A stretch of 64,000 nt of DNA from an uncultured Phycisphaerales bacterium (lineage in GTDB: Bacteria; Planctomycetota; Phycisphaerae; Tepidisphaerales; Tepidisphaeraceae), in NCBI GenBank assembly GCA_963844715.1, contig CAWJPJ010000004.1, positions 64,001 through 128,000 of the forward strand, in the 5' to 3' direction. How positions within the stretch are numbered: the first letter of the stretch is position 1; each line of letters starts with the position of its first letter. The translations under genes were made by a program, and so were the position numbers. The notes beneath the pieces were generated by a model, which was not told where the DNA came from, did no database searches, and saw nothing but the letters and a program-made list of their open reading frames with translations. Positions 11,404 through 20,891 of the stretch are shown here, piece after piece.

Positions 11404-12175
11404 GTGCCTTACCCTGCATATCTGTCCCTAGATACAGCCACTTACTCGCTGGTGAACAACCCGGTGGCGAGTGCGCTGCACAAGAAACATGGGCATTTGC
11501 TAAGGGCAGGTATTCGCGACGGTGCAAAAGGCATAATAATTTGCGATGGTGGTTCGCGCTTTGATGCACGAGACTTTGCGCGGCTCGTGGTCGGTCGGCC
11601 TGCAGGACGTAGTGGAGAACTATTTGAGGAACTCTCCTTGGCTGGATTTCGTGTTGAGTTTGTCGGTCGTTTCAGAATATGGGTCGCTGCACACCGGCCG
11701 AAGGGAAAGTCACAAAGTTAGGCCCCAATTTTTCAGCTTAAGGAAAGACAAGAGGATTGAGGAAATAGGGGAAGCCACGCTCAGGATATTTTCCGAGTTG
11801 CCGGAGGCCGATGTCAGTCCTGAAAATGCGAGGGTTTGGTACGAGGATGGGCTTGGCCGAGATGGATTCAGGAGGAAGCCAATGAGTACGAGTTTCGATA
11901 AAAGTGGTCCTGAAAGAATCCGTGTTTCCGCAAGATGGCTGATGGAGATTTTGTCAGGGAAATTTCCAATTGACCAAGCGATGAAGCAGTATCAAATTCC
12001 GCCGGAAATTGCCCGCCGTCCGCAGCAGAATCCGTTTTCGTTAGCCCTAAATGCCGGGAAACTACCCAGGAGCATCCGACTAGTGCATGACGACAGTGCA
12101 GATGATGATGAAATTGAATTTGTTTTCGGGGATGTAGATGCGGCGATTGCAAAATTTGCTGTGCCCAAACGCTAA
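11404..12175 (+). pseudogene. 5'-truncated or frameshifted hypothetical gene of foreign composition
   Basis: AT-richer; NNPVASAL...KGIIICDGG in one frame continues as ...YLRNSPWLDFVLSLSV...DDDEIEFVFGDVDAAI in another; no clear start. Confidence 0.45.
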
Positions 12176-12681
12176 GAGTGGAGCTTTGTGCGTTTTTTCG
12201 TTCAGGATAAATGAAGGTGACGCGAATCTAGACGCTAGAGACTGGGCTCTAGGGCCGCCTCGCACCGTCTCGGCGAAACTCGCCGACGGAAAGCAATGCC
12301 TCTCACCTAGCCACCGTGCCGGAACTGGCCTGAGGACGAGGATGTCCGAGCGGACGTGGGTTGGGACGGGGGGACCCGACGCATGGCGAGCTTCGCTAGA
12401 GGAGTAGAACAGTGGATCAGGTGAGCAGTAGATGGAGCGAGAGAAAGTCCCACGAAGCTAGAAACTGGAGGGGAGCTTGGCGGGAGACTCGCGGTGCGTT
12501 GCACCGCCGCTAAACAAAATCACAACGGATGGGCATCGGTTGGCTTTCGCAGAGGGAAATTATCCGGGGCAACAAGTTGGCCCGGCTTCGGGGGAGGGAC
12601 CCACGGCGGCGCCGTGGGCGTTAGCTAGAGGCAAGATACTAGAAACCAGAAACTAGAGGCTTGCAACTGGCAACTGGCAAC

Positions 12682-13626
12682 TTATTTTTTAATCAGTTGA
12701 TCTCTGTAGAACTCGATCATTTTTTTTAGGCCTTCTTTGCGGGGGATGACTGGCGACCAGCCTAGGATTTGTTTGGCTCGGGTGATATCCGGGCAGCGGA
12801 CGCGGGGGTCGTCGGGGGGCATGGGGTGGAAGGTGATTTGGCTTTTACTCGTCGGGATCAGTTCCAGGATATCCTTGGCGATTTGGAGGATGGTTAGCTC
12901 GTCGGGGTTGCCTAGGTTGATGGGTTCGCAGAAGTCGCTTTCCATCGTTAGGTTGATTCCGCGGACGAGGTCGCTGACGTAACAGAGGCTGCGGGTCTGG
13001 GTCCCTTCACCGAAAACGGTTAACGGCTCGTTGTTCAGAGCCTGGCGAATGAAACTGATGACGACTCGGCCGTCGTATGGATCCATGCGCGGGCCGTAGG
13101 TGTTGAAGATGCGGATGATGCGGGTGTCGACTTTTCGCTCGCGGCTGTAGGCCATGGTGCAGGCTTCGCTGAAGCGTTTGGCTTCGTCGTACATGCTGCG
13201 GAGGCCGATGGGATTGACGTTGCCCCAATAATCTTCGCGCTGGGGATGGACGGCGGGGTCGCCGTAGCATTCGCTGGTGCTGGCCATGAGGAAGCGGGCG
13301 TTTTTCGTCTGGCACAGTTCGAGGAGATTCCAGGTGCCCTGGCTGTTGACCTTCATGGTGGCGATTTGGTGTTTGGCGTAGCCGATGGGGCTGGCGGGGG
13401 AGGCCATGTGATAGGCGCGATCTACGGGGCCGTCGAGTTTGAGGGGTTGGATGACGTCGGCTTCTATGAAGGTGTACTTGGGATTTTTGCCGCGCAGGTG
13501 GGCGATGTTTTGGGGTTTGCCGGTGATGAAATTATCTACGCCGACGATTTCATTGCCCTGTGCGAGCAGGAGGTCGGTTAAGTGTGAGCCTAGAAACCCG
13601 GCGGCGCCGGAGATCAGAATTCGCAT
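12682..13626 (-). CDS. UDP-glucuronate decarboxylase (NAD-dependent epimerase/dehydratase)
   Basis: GAAGFLGSH, HMASPASP, YWGNVNPIG, YDEAKR, RIFNTYGPRM, QTRSLCYVSD. Confidence 0.93.
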   Translation of the reverse strand: MRILISGAAGFLGSHLTDLLLAQGNEIVGVDNFITGKPQNIAHLRGKNPKYTFIEADVIQPLKLDGPVDRAYHMASPASPIGYAKHQIATMKVNSQGTWNLLELCQTKNARFLMASTSECYGDPAVHPQREDYWGNVNPIGLRSMYDEAKRFSEACTMAYSRERKVDTRIIRIFNTYGPRMDPYDGRVVISFIRQALNNEPLTVFGEGTQTRSLCYVSDLVRGINLTMESDFCEPINLGNPDELTILQIAKDILELIPTSKSQITFHPMPPDDPRVRCPDITRAKQILGWSPVIPRKEGLKKMIEFYRDQLIKK

Positions 13627-13675
13627 TATCGGGCTTTCCTCGTGGGAACCGGTATAGGGTTCATATCGGGGCAAT

Positions 13676-14340
13676 TTCAATGGGTCTTTTGTTAAATCAT
13701 AGCCGGTTTGGCGATACGACCCCCACCCTACCCTCCCCCTGAGTACATGGGGAGGGGATTATTTCGGGGGGCGATGTCAGTTGGTCTTTTGCAGAATCAT
13801 AGCCGCTTCGGCGATCCGACCCCCTCCCTTGCCCTCCCCCTGAGTACATGGGGAGGGAAGCAGAGGGATTGCCGCTCTCCCCTACCCTCATCGTGCCGAA
13901 ACTAGCGGAACGGGAGAGGGGATTAGTTCGGGAGGCGATGTCAGTCGGTCTTTTGCAGAATCATAGCCGGTTTGGCGATCCGACCCCCTCCCTTGCCCTC
14001 ATCGTGCCGAAACCAGCGGAACGGGAGGGGGGATTAGTTCGGGGGGCGATGTCAGTCGGTCATTTCCAAAATCATAGCCGGTTTGGCGATCCGACCCCCT
14101 CCCTTGCCCTCCCCCTGAGTACATGGGGAGGGGATTAGTTCGGGAGGCGATGTCAGTCGGTCTTTTGCAGAATCATAGCCGGTTTGGCGATCCGACCCCC
14201 TCCCTTACCCTCATCGTGCCGAAACCAGCGGAACGGGAGGGGACCAGAGGGGATTCCGCTCTCCCTTACCCTCATCGTGCCGGAACTAGCGGCAGAGGAC
14301 AGGGAGGCTCTCCCCATGAGTACATGGGGAGAGGGGACGA
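13676..14340. repeat. Array of ~5 long (~95-bp) REP-like units with CCCTCCCCCTGAGTACATGGGGAGGG or CCCTCATCGTGCCGAAACCAGCGGAACGGGAGGG cores
   Basis: Shared spacer GATGTCAGTCGGTCTTTTGCAGAATCATAGCCGGTTTGGCGATCCGACCCCC repeated; palindromic cores. Confidence 0.9.
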
Positions 14341-14345
14341 GAATT

Positions 14346-15099
14346 TTAGTTGGAAAAACGGAAACGGATGATGGTCAGGATGGCCTTGATTCCGTCTTTC
14401 CAGGTGATCTTTTTACCTTCTTCGTAGCTGCGGCCATAATAGGCGACTCCGACTTCGTAGATTCTGAGCCTTGCGGCGCATTTTAGCGATCTTGGCGGTG
14501 ATTTCGGGTTCGAATCCGAAGCGTCCGCATTTGATTTCGATTCGATCCAGGACCGTTTTGCGGAAAACCTTGTAGCACACCTCCATGTCGGTCAGGTTGA
14601 GGTTGGTGAACATGTTGCTGAAGGAGGTTAGGAATTGGTTGCCTAGGGTGTGCCAGTAATAGAGGACTCGGTGGGGCTCGCCGATGAAGCGGCTGCCGTA
14701 GACTACGTCGGCTTTGTCATCGACGATTGGGCGGAGGAGTTTGGGGTAGTCCTGGGGGTCGTATTCTAGGTCGGCGTCCTGGATGAGGACGATGTCGCCG
14801 GTGGCGTGCTTGAAGCCGTCGCGGAGGGCGGCGCCTTTTCCTTCGTTGATCTGTTTGTGGAAGACGCGGATGTCGCGGCCGGGGTAGACGGTGGGGAGCT
14901 GGTCGAGCTTGGCGCCGGTGCCGTCCTTGGAGCAGTCGTTGACGCAGATCACTTCCATGGTGACGCCGGGCGGGACGGGGGCGGCGAGGACCAAGCCGAT
15001 CAATTGATGGATGGTTTGCTCCTCGTTGTAGACGGGGATGACGACCGACAGTTTGATCGGTTTGGGAGTGGCGGCGGTCGTCGAGAACTCGCTTGTCAT
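14346..15099 (-). CDS. Glycosyltransferase family 2 (DPM1-like), frameshift near 14470
   Basis: [40 protein letters not shown]-terminal GKKITWKDG in an adjacent frame. Confidence 0.9.
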
Positions 15100-15210
15100 G
15101 ATCCGAGCCGGCGGCGGCCGACGCGGGGGAATCGTACAGGGTGGCGGGAAAAACTCAAAGGGAACGAAGGGGGGCTTCGTGAGAGGAGGTGGGCGGGTGG
15201 GGAGGGGGGG

Positions 15211-15300
15211 AAAGTGTGAAGAGTGTGAAAGTGTGAAGAGTGCGAAAGTGTGAAGAGTGTGAAGAGTGTGAAGAGTGTGAAGGGTGGGGAGCGTGTGAAG
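15211..15300 (+). repeat. AGTGTGAAG-type 8-9-bp tandem repeat
   Basis: Read directly. Confidence 0.85.
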
Positions 15301-15503
15301 GGGGTGAGTGCGGAGAGAGCGGGTGATCGGGTGGGTTTTGAGGGGGTGCGGTTTGTGGGGGAGGGGGCGCGGTGCTGCGCACGCGCCGCTAAATAGTTGG
15401 GGGATCGTGGCTGACTAGTGGGGGGATCGTCGCTAAATAGTTCGGGGATCTTGGGTGGATGGTGGGGGATTTTAGTTGATGGAGGTGCGAATCTTCATTG
15501 TTC

Positions 15504-15532
15504 TTGACACAATTTTACAACGGTCATAGGGT
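15504..15532 (+). promoter_or_regulatory. Putative sigma70 promoter TTGACA-N17-TAGGGT
   Basis: Perfect -35, 17-bp spacing, TAnnnT -10, 40 bp upstream of the DUF151 ATG. Confidence 0.55.
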
Positions 15533-15572
15533 AGGTCTGAGACTTTCCTCCTCCTGCGCCGGGAGTTTGTCC

Positions 15573-15965
15573 ATGTCCGTCCGAATGGAACTTAGCAAGA
15601 TCATTATCAGTGAAATGGCGGAGTCCCAGATCATTTACCTCAAAGAGGTAGACGGGGAGAGGACGTTTCCGATCGTCATCGGGAGCAACGAGGCCCTGGC
15701 GATCGATCGGCGGCTGAAGGGGATTCCGACGCAGCGCCCGCTGACGCATGATCTGCTGGCCAGCGTGATCGAGCAGATGGGGGGCAGCGTCGAGCGGATC
15801 GAGATCAACGATCTGGCGGACCATACGTTTTTTGCGATCATCCACATCCGGCAGGATGGGCATGTGTTGGAGATCGACAGCCGGCCTAGTGATGCGATCG
15901 CGCTGGGGATTGCGTCGACGGTGCCGATTTATGTGGCGGAGCACGTTTTGAAGGCGGTTTGCTAG
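15573..15965 (+). CDS. Bifunctional nuclease family protein (DUF151)
   Basis: FPIVIGSNEALAI, RPLTHDL, IDSRPSDAIAL motifs. Confidence 0.92.
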   Translation: MSVRMELSKIIISEMAESQIIYLKEVDGERTFPIVIGSNEALAIDRRLKGIPTQRPLTHDLLASVIEQMGGSVERIEINDLADHTFFAIIHIRQDGHVLEIDSRPSDAIALGIASTVPIYVAEHVLKAVC

Positions 15966-16024
15966 CACCTGGCTGACGGGTGGGTAAAATAGATTTGGGG
16001 CGTTGGGAACGGACAGGAGATTCA

Positions 16025-16363
16025 ATGCAGATGATCGAGGCGGTGATTAAGCCGCATAAAATTGACGCCGTGAAGCAAGCGCTGGCGAAGCTGGGGATTC
16101 TTGGCGTGACGGCGGTGGAATGCAAAGGGTTCGGGCGGCAGATGGGACATACGGAGCGCTATCGAGGGGCGAAGATGGATGTGGGATTTGTGCCGAAGGT
16201 TTTGCTGAAGTTGTGCGTGAAATCGGAGGATGTGGAGAAGGCGGCGGGGGCGATTGTCGAGGCGGCGCGATCGGGGGAGGTGGGGGATGGGAAGATATTC
16301 ATTTATCCGGTGTCACAAGTGATTCGAATTCGGACGGGGGAGACGAACGAGCAGGCGCTTTAA
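16025..16363 (+). CDS. glnB: P-II family nitrogen regulator
   Basis: KGFGRQ.GHTE.YRG, GEVGDGKIF, IRIRTGE; 112 aa. Confidence 0.93.
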   Translation: MQMIEAVIKPHKIDAVKQALAKLGILGVTAVECKGFGRQMGHTERYRGAKMDVGFVPKVLLKLCVKSEDVEKAAGAIVEAARSGEVGDGKIFIYPVSQVIRIRTGETNEQAL

Positions 16364-16385
16364 CCCGGGCGGAGTGGAGTAGGCG

Positions 16386-17027
16386 ATGCGAGGCGGAAAT
16401 GGAAAAGAGCCTCGGGAGACCTCGGCGGTCAGCCGGCGGGGATTTCTTAAGGGAGTCGGCGCGGTTGGCGTTGGGGCGGTGTTGGCGGATCGGGGGATTG
16501 TTCGGGGGGCGGATCAGGCTGCGACTCAACCGGATCAATCCAAAATAATCAGTGGGAATGTTGAGATTGTTTTGAATCTCAATGGGCGGGATCGCAAAGT
16601 TGTGGTGGAACCGCGGACGACTTTGTTGAATGCGTTGCGGAATAATCTTGATCCGCCGTTGACGGGGCCTAAGTTGGTTTGCGACATGGGGACTTGCGGG
16701 GGGTGTACGGTGCTGATGGATGACAAGCCGGTTTATGGGTGTTTGGTTTTGGCGATCGAGGCAGTGGGGAAGAGGATCACTACGGTCGAGGGGATCGGGA
16801 CGCCGGAGGATTTGAGTCCGGTGCAGGCGGCGTTTGGGGAGCATGATGCGATGATGTGCGGGTATTGCACGGATGGGTTCGTGACTTCCATCACGGGATT
16901 GCTGAAAGCTAATCCACATCCTACGGATGAGCAGGTTCGCGAGGCTTGCAAGGGGAATTTCTGTCGATGCGGGACGTATGCGCGGATTTTTCAGGCGGCT
17001 CTTGAGGCGGCGAAGGCTCGGGTTTGA
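16386..17027 (+). CDS. Xanthine dehydrogenase/aldehyde oxidoreductase 2Fe-2S subunit with Tat signal (PaoA/YagT-like)
   Basis: SRRGFLKG Tat motif; CDMGTCGGC...C and CGYC...CRC cluster motifs. Confidence 0.9.
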   Translation: MRGGNGKEPRETSAVSRRGFLKGVGAVGVGAVLADRGIVRGADQAATQPDQSKIISGNVEIVLNLNGRDRKVVVEPRTTLLNALRNNLDPPLTGPKLVCDMGTCGGCTVLMDDKPVYGCLVLAIEAVGKRITTVEGIGTPEDLSPVQAAFGEHDAMMCGYCTDGFVTSITGLLKANPHPTDEQVREACKGNFCRCGTYARIFQAALEAAKARV

Positions 17028-17043
17028 GGCGGAGTGTTAGATC

Positions 17044-19197
17044 ATGGCAGAGGACACGACACAGCCGGCGACACTTGCCTGGGGGCCGAATGATAAACAT
17101 CGTCTGCTGAATACGCGGTTGCCGCGGGTGGATTTTCCGTTCAAGACTACGGGGGCGGCGAAATATTCATATGACGTAAAAGTTCCGGGGATGCTTTATG
17201 GGCGGATTTTGTGTTCGACTGTTTCCAAGGGGAAAGTGACGGCGCTGGATTTAACGCCGGCGATGAAAATCCCGGGTGTGAAGGCGGCGGTGGCGCGGGT
17301 GAATGTGGGCGGGTTGGTGCGGTTCGAGGGGGATCCGATCGCGGCGGTGGCGGCGGTTACGCCGGAGATTGCCGAGGATGCGATGCTGGCGATTCAGCTT
17401 ACGCTGGAGCCGGAGCCGTTTGTGGTGACGGCGGAAGATGCCATTAAAGAGGGGGCGCCGGCGGTTTATCCGAACGACGAACGCGTGCAGAACAATACGC
17501 GGTTGCAGAACGCGAGGGGGAGTCTGGATAAGGTCGCGGCGGCAATTCAAGCGGCGGACGTTACGCTGGACGCGGAATATCGCACGCCGATTTTGCATCA
17601 TTGTTGCCTGGAGACGCACGCGGTGGTTGTTGATTATCGCGGCGGGGAGACGGCGACGGTTTACTGCTCGACGCAAGGGACGTTTTCGATTCCGGGCGAT
17701 GCGGCGCGCACGCTGAATCTTGACGACAGTGATGTGGTGGGGATTGTGCAATATATGGGGGGCGGGTTTGGGTCTAAGGGCGGCATCGGCGTCGAGGGGC
17801 AACTTGCGTGCAAGCTGTCGCTGCAAGCGGGGGCGCCGGTGAAGATGGCTTTGCCGCGGCGGGACGAATTTTTGATGGCGGGGAACGGGCCGGGGAGCTG
17901 GCAGAAATTCAGCGCGGGGGCGAGTAAGGACGGGAAGCTGCTGGCGATGCAGATCGAGCAATATGCGCTGGGGGGGATTGGGCGCGGGAGTCTGACGGGG
18001 CAGCCTTACGTGTATCACGTTGATGAGGTTTACCGAAAGGCTGGATCGATCCATACGAATGAGGACGCCTCGCGGCCGCTGCGTGCGCCGGGGCATCCGC
18101 CGGCGTGTTTTGCTATGGAATCGTTCATGGATGAGCTGGCGTACAAGATCGGGATCGACCCGGTTGAGTTTCGGATCAACAATCTTCCTGCGGACGATCC
18201 GCACATTCGGCAGCTTCGGCGCGGGGCGAAGGAAATTGGGTGGGAACGGCGCAACGCGACGGCGGGGGCGACGGCTGGAGTGCTCAAGCGCGGGTTTGGG
18301 TGCGGGTGCGGGATTTGGGGCGGAGGGGGGCGGCCGCAGTGCGTGGTTGAAATTCATGTTGCGCGCGGCGGGGCGGTGACGGTTTCGTGCGGGTCGCAGG
18401 ATTTGGGGACGGGGACGCGGACTTATATGGTCGCCATCGCGGCGGAGGAATTGGGGCTGGAGATGGGCGATGTGCACGAGAAGATCGGGGATACGCGGTT
18501 GACGGATGCGAATTTTTCGGGCGGGTCATCGACGGCGCCGTCGCTTTCACCGGCGGTGAAAGACGCGGCGGTGAACGCGAAGGGGGCGATCGCGGCGATT
18601 GTCGCGCCGCTGCTCGGCGCGGGGCCGGAAGATTTGGTTTTTAGTGATCGGAAAATTTCCGCGAACGGGAAGTCACTGGAATGGTCGCAGGCTTGCGCGG
18701 CGCTGCCGGCGGCGGGGATTTCGGTGCGCGGGACGTTTCGGGCGGGGTTGTCGAGCGTGGGCACGCACGGGGCGGCGTTTGCGGAGGTGGAAGTCGATAC
18801 CGAGACGGGGCATGTTCGCGTGGTGCGGATTTTGGACGTGCAGGATTGCGGACTCCCGCTGAATCGGCTGGCGGTGGAGAGCCAGATCAATGGGGGGATG
18901 GTGCAGGGGATCGGGATGGCGCTGCTGGAAGGGCGGGTGATGGATTCCAATTTGGGCGTGATGGTGAATTCGAGTTTCATGGATTACAAGATCGCGGGTT
19001 GTTTGGAGGTGCCGGAGGAGATGCTTCCGCTGATTGACGACGACGATCCGCGGCAGATGGTGGTTGGAGTGGGGGAGCCGCCTTCGATTCCGCCGGCGGC
19101 GGCGATCGCCAACGCGATATTCAACGCATGCGGGGTGCGGGTGCGGCAGTTGCCAATCACGCCGGACAAAATCATCATGGGTTTGAGCAACGCATGA
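17044..19197 (+). CDS. Xanthine dehydrogenase family molybdopterin-binding subunit (PaoC/YagR-like)
   Basis: KTTGAAKY, GGGFGSK, RAPG, QDLGTG, SQINGG, GVGEP catalytic Glu. Confidence 0.92.
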   Translation: MAEDTTQPATLAWGPNDKHRLLNTRLPRVDFPFKTTGAAKYSYDVKVPGMLYGRILCSTVSKGKVTALDLTPAMKIPGVKAAVARVNVGGLVRFEGDPIAAVAAVTPEIAEDAMLAIQLTLEPEPFVVTAEDAIKEGAPAVYPNDERVQNNTRLQNARGSLDKVAAAIQAADVTLDAEYRTPILHHCCLETHAVVVDYRGGETATVYCSTQGTFSIPGDAARTLNLDDSDVVGIVQYMGGGFGSKGGIGVEGQLACKLSLQAGAPVKMALPRRDEFLMAGNGPGSWQKFSAGASKDGKLLAMQIEQYALGGIGRGSLTGQPYVYHVDEVYRKAGSIHTNEDASRPLRAPGHPPACFAMESFMDELAYKIGIDPVEFRINNLPADDPHIRQLRRGAKEIGWERRNATAGATAGVLKRGFGCGCGIWGGGGRPQCVVEIHVARGGAVTVSCGSQDLGTGTRTYMVAIAAEELGLEMGDVHEKIGDTRLTDANFSGGSSTAPSLSPAVKDAAVNAKGAIAAIVAPLLGAGPEDLVFSDRKISANGKSLEWSQACAALPAAGISVRGTFRAGLSSVGTHGAAFAEVEVDTETGHVRVVRILDVQDCGLPLNRLAVESQINGGMVQGIGMALLEGRVMDSNLGVMVNSSFMDYKIAGCLEVPEEMLPLIDDDDPRQMVVGVGEPPSIPPAAAIANAIFNACGVRVRQLPITPDKIIMGLSNA

Positions 19198-20195
19198 AAG
19201 CATTCGAGTGGGCAAATCCCGAGAGCGTTGAGGAGGCGGTCGAACTCCTTGCGGAGATCAAGGCGGAGGATGTCAACGACGGGCCACGGCCGATTTCGGG
19301 GGGGCAGGACCTTTTGACGACGATGAAGGAGCGGATTCTTGTCCCGAAGCGGGTGGTGAATCTGAAGACGATTTCGGGGCTGGATGGGATTGAATACGAT
19401 CCGGCGAAGGGGTTGAAAATCGGGGCGCTGGCGAAGCTTTGCGAAATTGAATCGCATGCGGACATTGTCAAGAATTATCCGGGGTTGGCGGAGGCGGCGC
19501 ATTCGATCGCGACGGTTCAATTGCGCAACATGGGGACGATTGGGGGGAATCTTTGCCAGCGGCCGCGGTGTTGGTATTTCAGGCTTCCGTATGTTGTTTG
19601 TCTGAAGAAGGGGGGCGACACGTGCTATTCGGAGCATGGGGAGAATAAGTACAACGCGATCCTGGGCGGGGGGCCTTCGTTTATCGTGCATCCGTCGGAT
19701 CTGGCGACGATGCTTACGGCGCTGGATGCGGTGGTCTCGGTCTCGGGACCGAAGGGGTCGCGCGAGGTTCCGATTGGGAAATTTTTCATTCTGCCTACGG
19801 AGGATGCGTCTCGGGAAAATGTTTTGGACGATGCGGAGATTGTGACAGGGGTTCAGATTCCGGCCTCGGCGTTTGCGGGCAGATCGACGTATCTGAAATT
19901 CAAGGAGCGGCTTTCGCTGGATTTTGCGATGGGTGCGGCGGCGGCGGCGGTTGAGCTTGCGCCGGATGGGACGGTTAAGCAGGCTCGCCTGGTGCTGGGA
20001 GCGGTGGCGCCGATTCCGTGGAGGGTGCCTCTGGCCGAGGCGGCGCTGGTTGGGAAATCTCTTAACGACGATTCGATTCGGGCGGCGGCGGAACTGGCGG
20101 TCCAGGGCGCCAAACCGCTGCAACACAATGCTTATAAAATCCTGCTGTCCAAGGCGTTGGTGCGGCGGGCGCTGGGGAGTTTGAAGACTGCCTGA
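19194..20195 (+). CDS. FAD-binding subunit (PaoB/YagS-like) with 4Fe-4S cysteine motif
   Basis: SGGQDL, QLRNMGTIGGNLCQRPRCWYFR...CLKKGGDTC, HPSD, LGAVAPIPWR. Confidence 0.92.
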   Translation: MKAFEWANPESVEEAVELLAEIKAEDVNDGPRPISGGQDLLTTMKERILVPKRVVNLKTISGLDGIEYDPAKGLKIGALAKLCEIESHADIVKNYPGLAEAAHSIATVQLRNMGTIGGNLCQRPRCWYFRLPYVVCLKKGGDTCYSEHGENKYNAILGGGPSFIVHPSDLATMLTALDAVVSVSGPKGSREVPIGKFFILPTEDASRENVLDDAEIVTGVQIPASAFAGRSTYLKFKERLSLDFAMGAAAAAVELAPDGTVKQARLVLGAVAPIPWRVPLAEAALVGKSLNDDSIRAAAELAVQGAKPLQHNAYKILLSKALVRRALGSLKTA

Positions 20196-20207
20196 TGGAG
20201 CGATGCT

Positions 20208-20447
20208 ATGAGTGAGACGACTGCTCTCCATGTCATTCAGACGCCGTTTTGCGGGGATTTGCGCTCGAAGAAGTTCTTTTTATTGGATCGGATTGCGACG
20301 TCGGCGGAGGAATATCTGGACGCCAGCGAGCATTGTTGGTGCTATCATACTCAGCAGGTGGTGGGACCGGATGGGGAGATTGTTATGCCGGAGCGGTGCG
20401 TGCCGGGGCGAGGGTGCTATCGGTCGGCGCTGGATCGGAGGAAGTGA
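20208..20447 (+). CDS. Small Cys-rich hypothetical protein
   Basis: GGAG RBS, directly follows the FAD subunit; CGDLRSKK...HCWCYHTQ...GPDG...C.PGRGCY. Confidence 0.7.
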   Translation: MSETTALHVIQTPFCGDLRSKKFFLLDRIATSAEEYLDASEHCWCYHTQQVVGPDGEIVMPERCVPGRGCYRSALDRRK

Positions 20448-20467
20448 TCGCGGTTGAATTTCAGTAT

Positions 20468-20840
20468 GCGCTACTAAAGTCTTCGCGGGTTGCGGGTAAG
20501 ACCCCCACCCTAGCCCTCCCCCCGGGTACGGGGAGAGGGGAGAAGAGTGCGCGAGGCTTCGTTAAAATCTTTGCGGTTTTGGGGTAAGACCCCCACCCTA
20601 GCCCTCCCCCCGGGTACGGGGAGAGGGGAGAAGAGTGCGCGAGGCTTCGTTAAAATCTTTGCGGTTTGGGGATAAGACCCCCACCCTAACCCTCCCCCCG
20701 AGTACAGGGAGAGGGAAAAAAAAGTGCGCGATGCTTTGCTAAAATCTTTGCGGTTTGGGGGTAAGACCCCCACCCTTCGTGCCGAAACTGGCGGAAGGGG
20801 ACAGGGAGTGCTCCCCCCGAGTACGGGGAGAGGGGAAAAA
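20468..20840. repeat. Four tandem ~88-bp REP-like units (CCCCCACCCTAGCCCTCCCCCCGGGTACGGGGAGAGGGG core)
   Basis: Near-identical units read directly; the fourth carries an insertion. Confidence 0.92.
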
Positions 20841-20891
20841 CAGTGGACGACCGTTGGACCTCGGCAAAGTAATTTCATTAGTGAGGCGATC

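Noticed and set aside
13676..14340. CRISPR array (also considered for 20468-20840, 8660-8745 and 10301-10458)
   Set aside because: Spacers are near-identical rather than unique, unit sizes do not fit, and no cas genes are present
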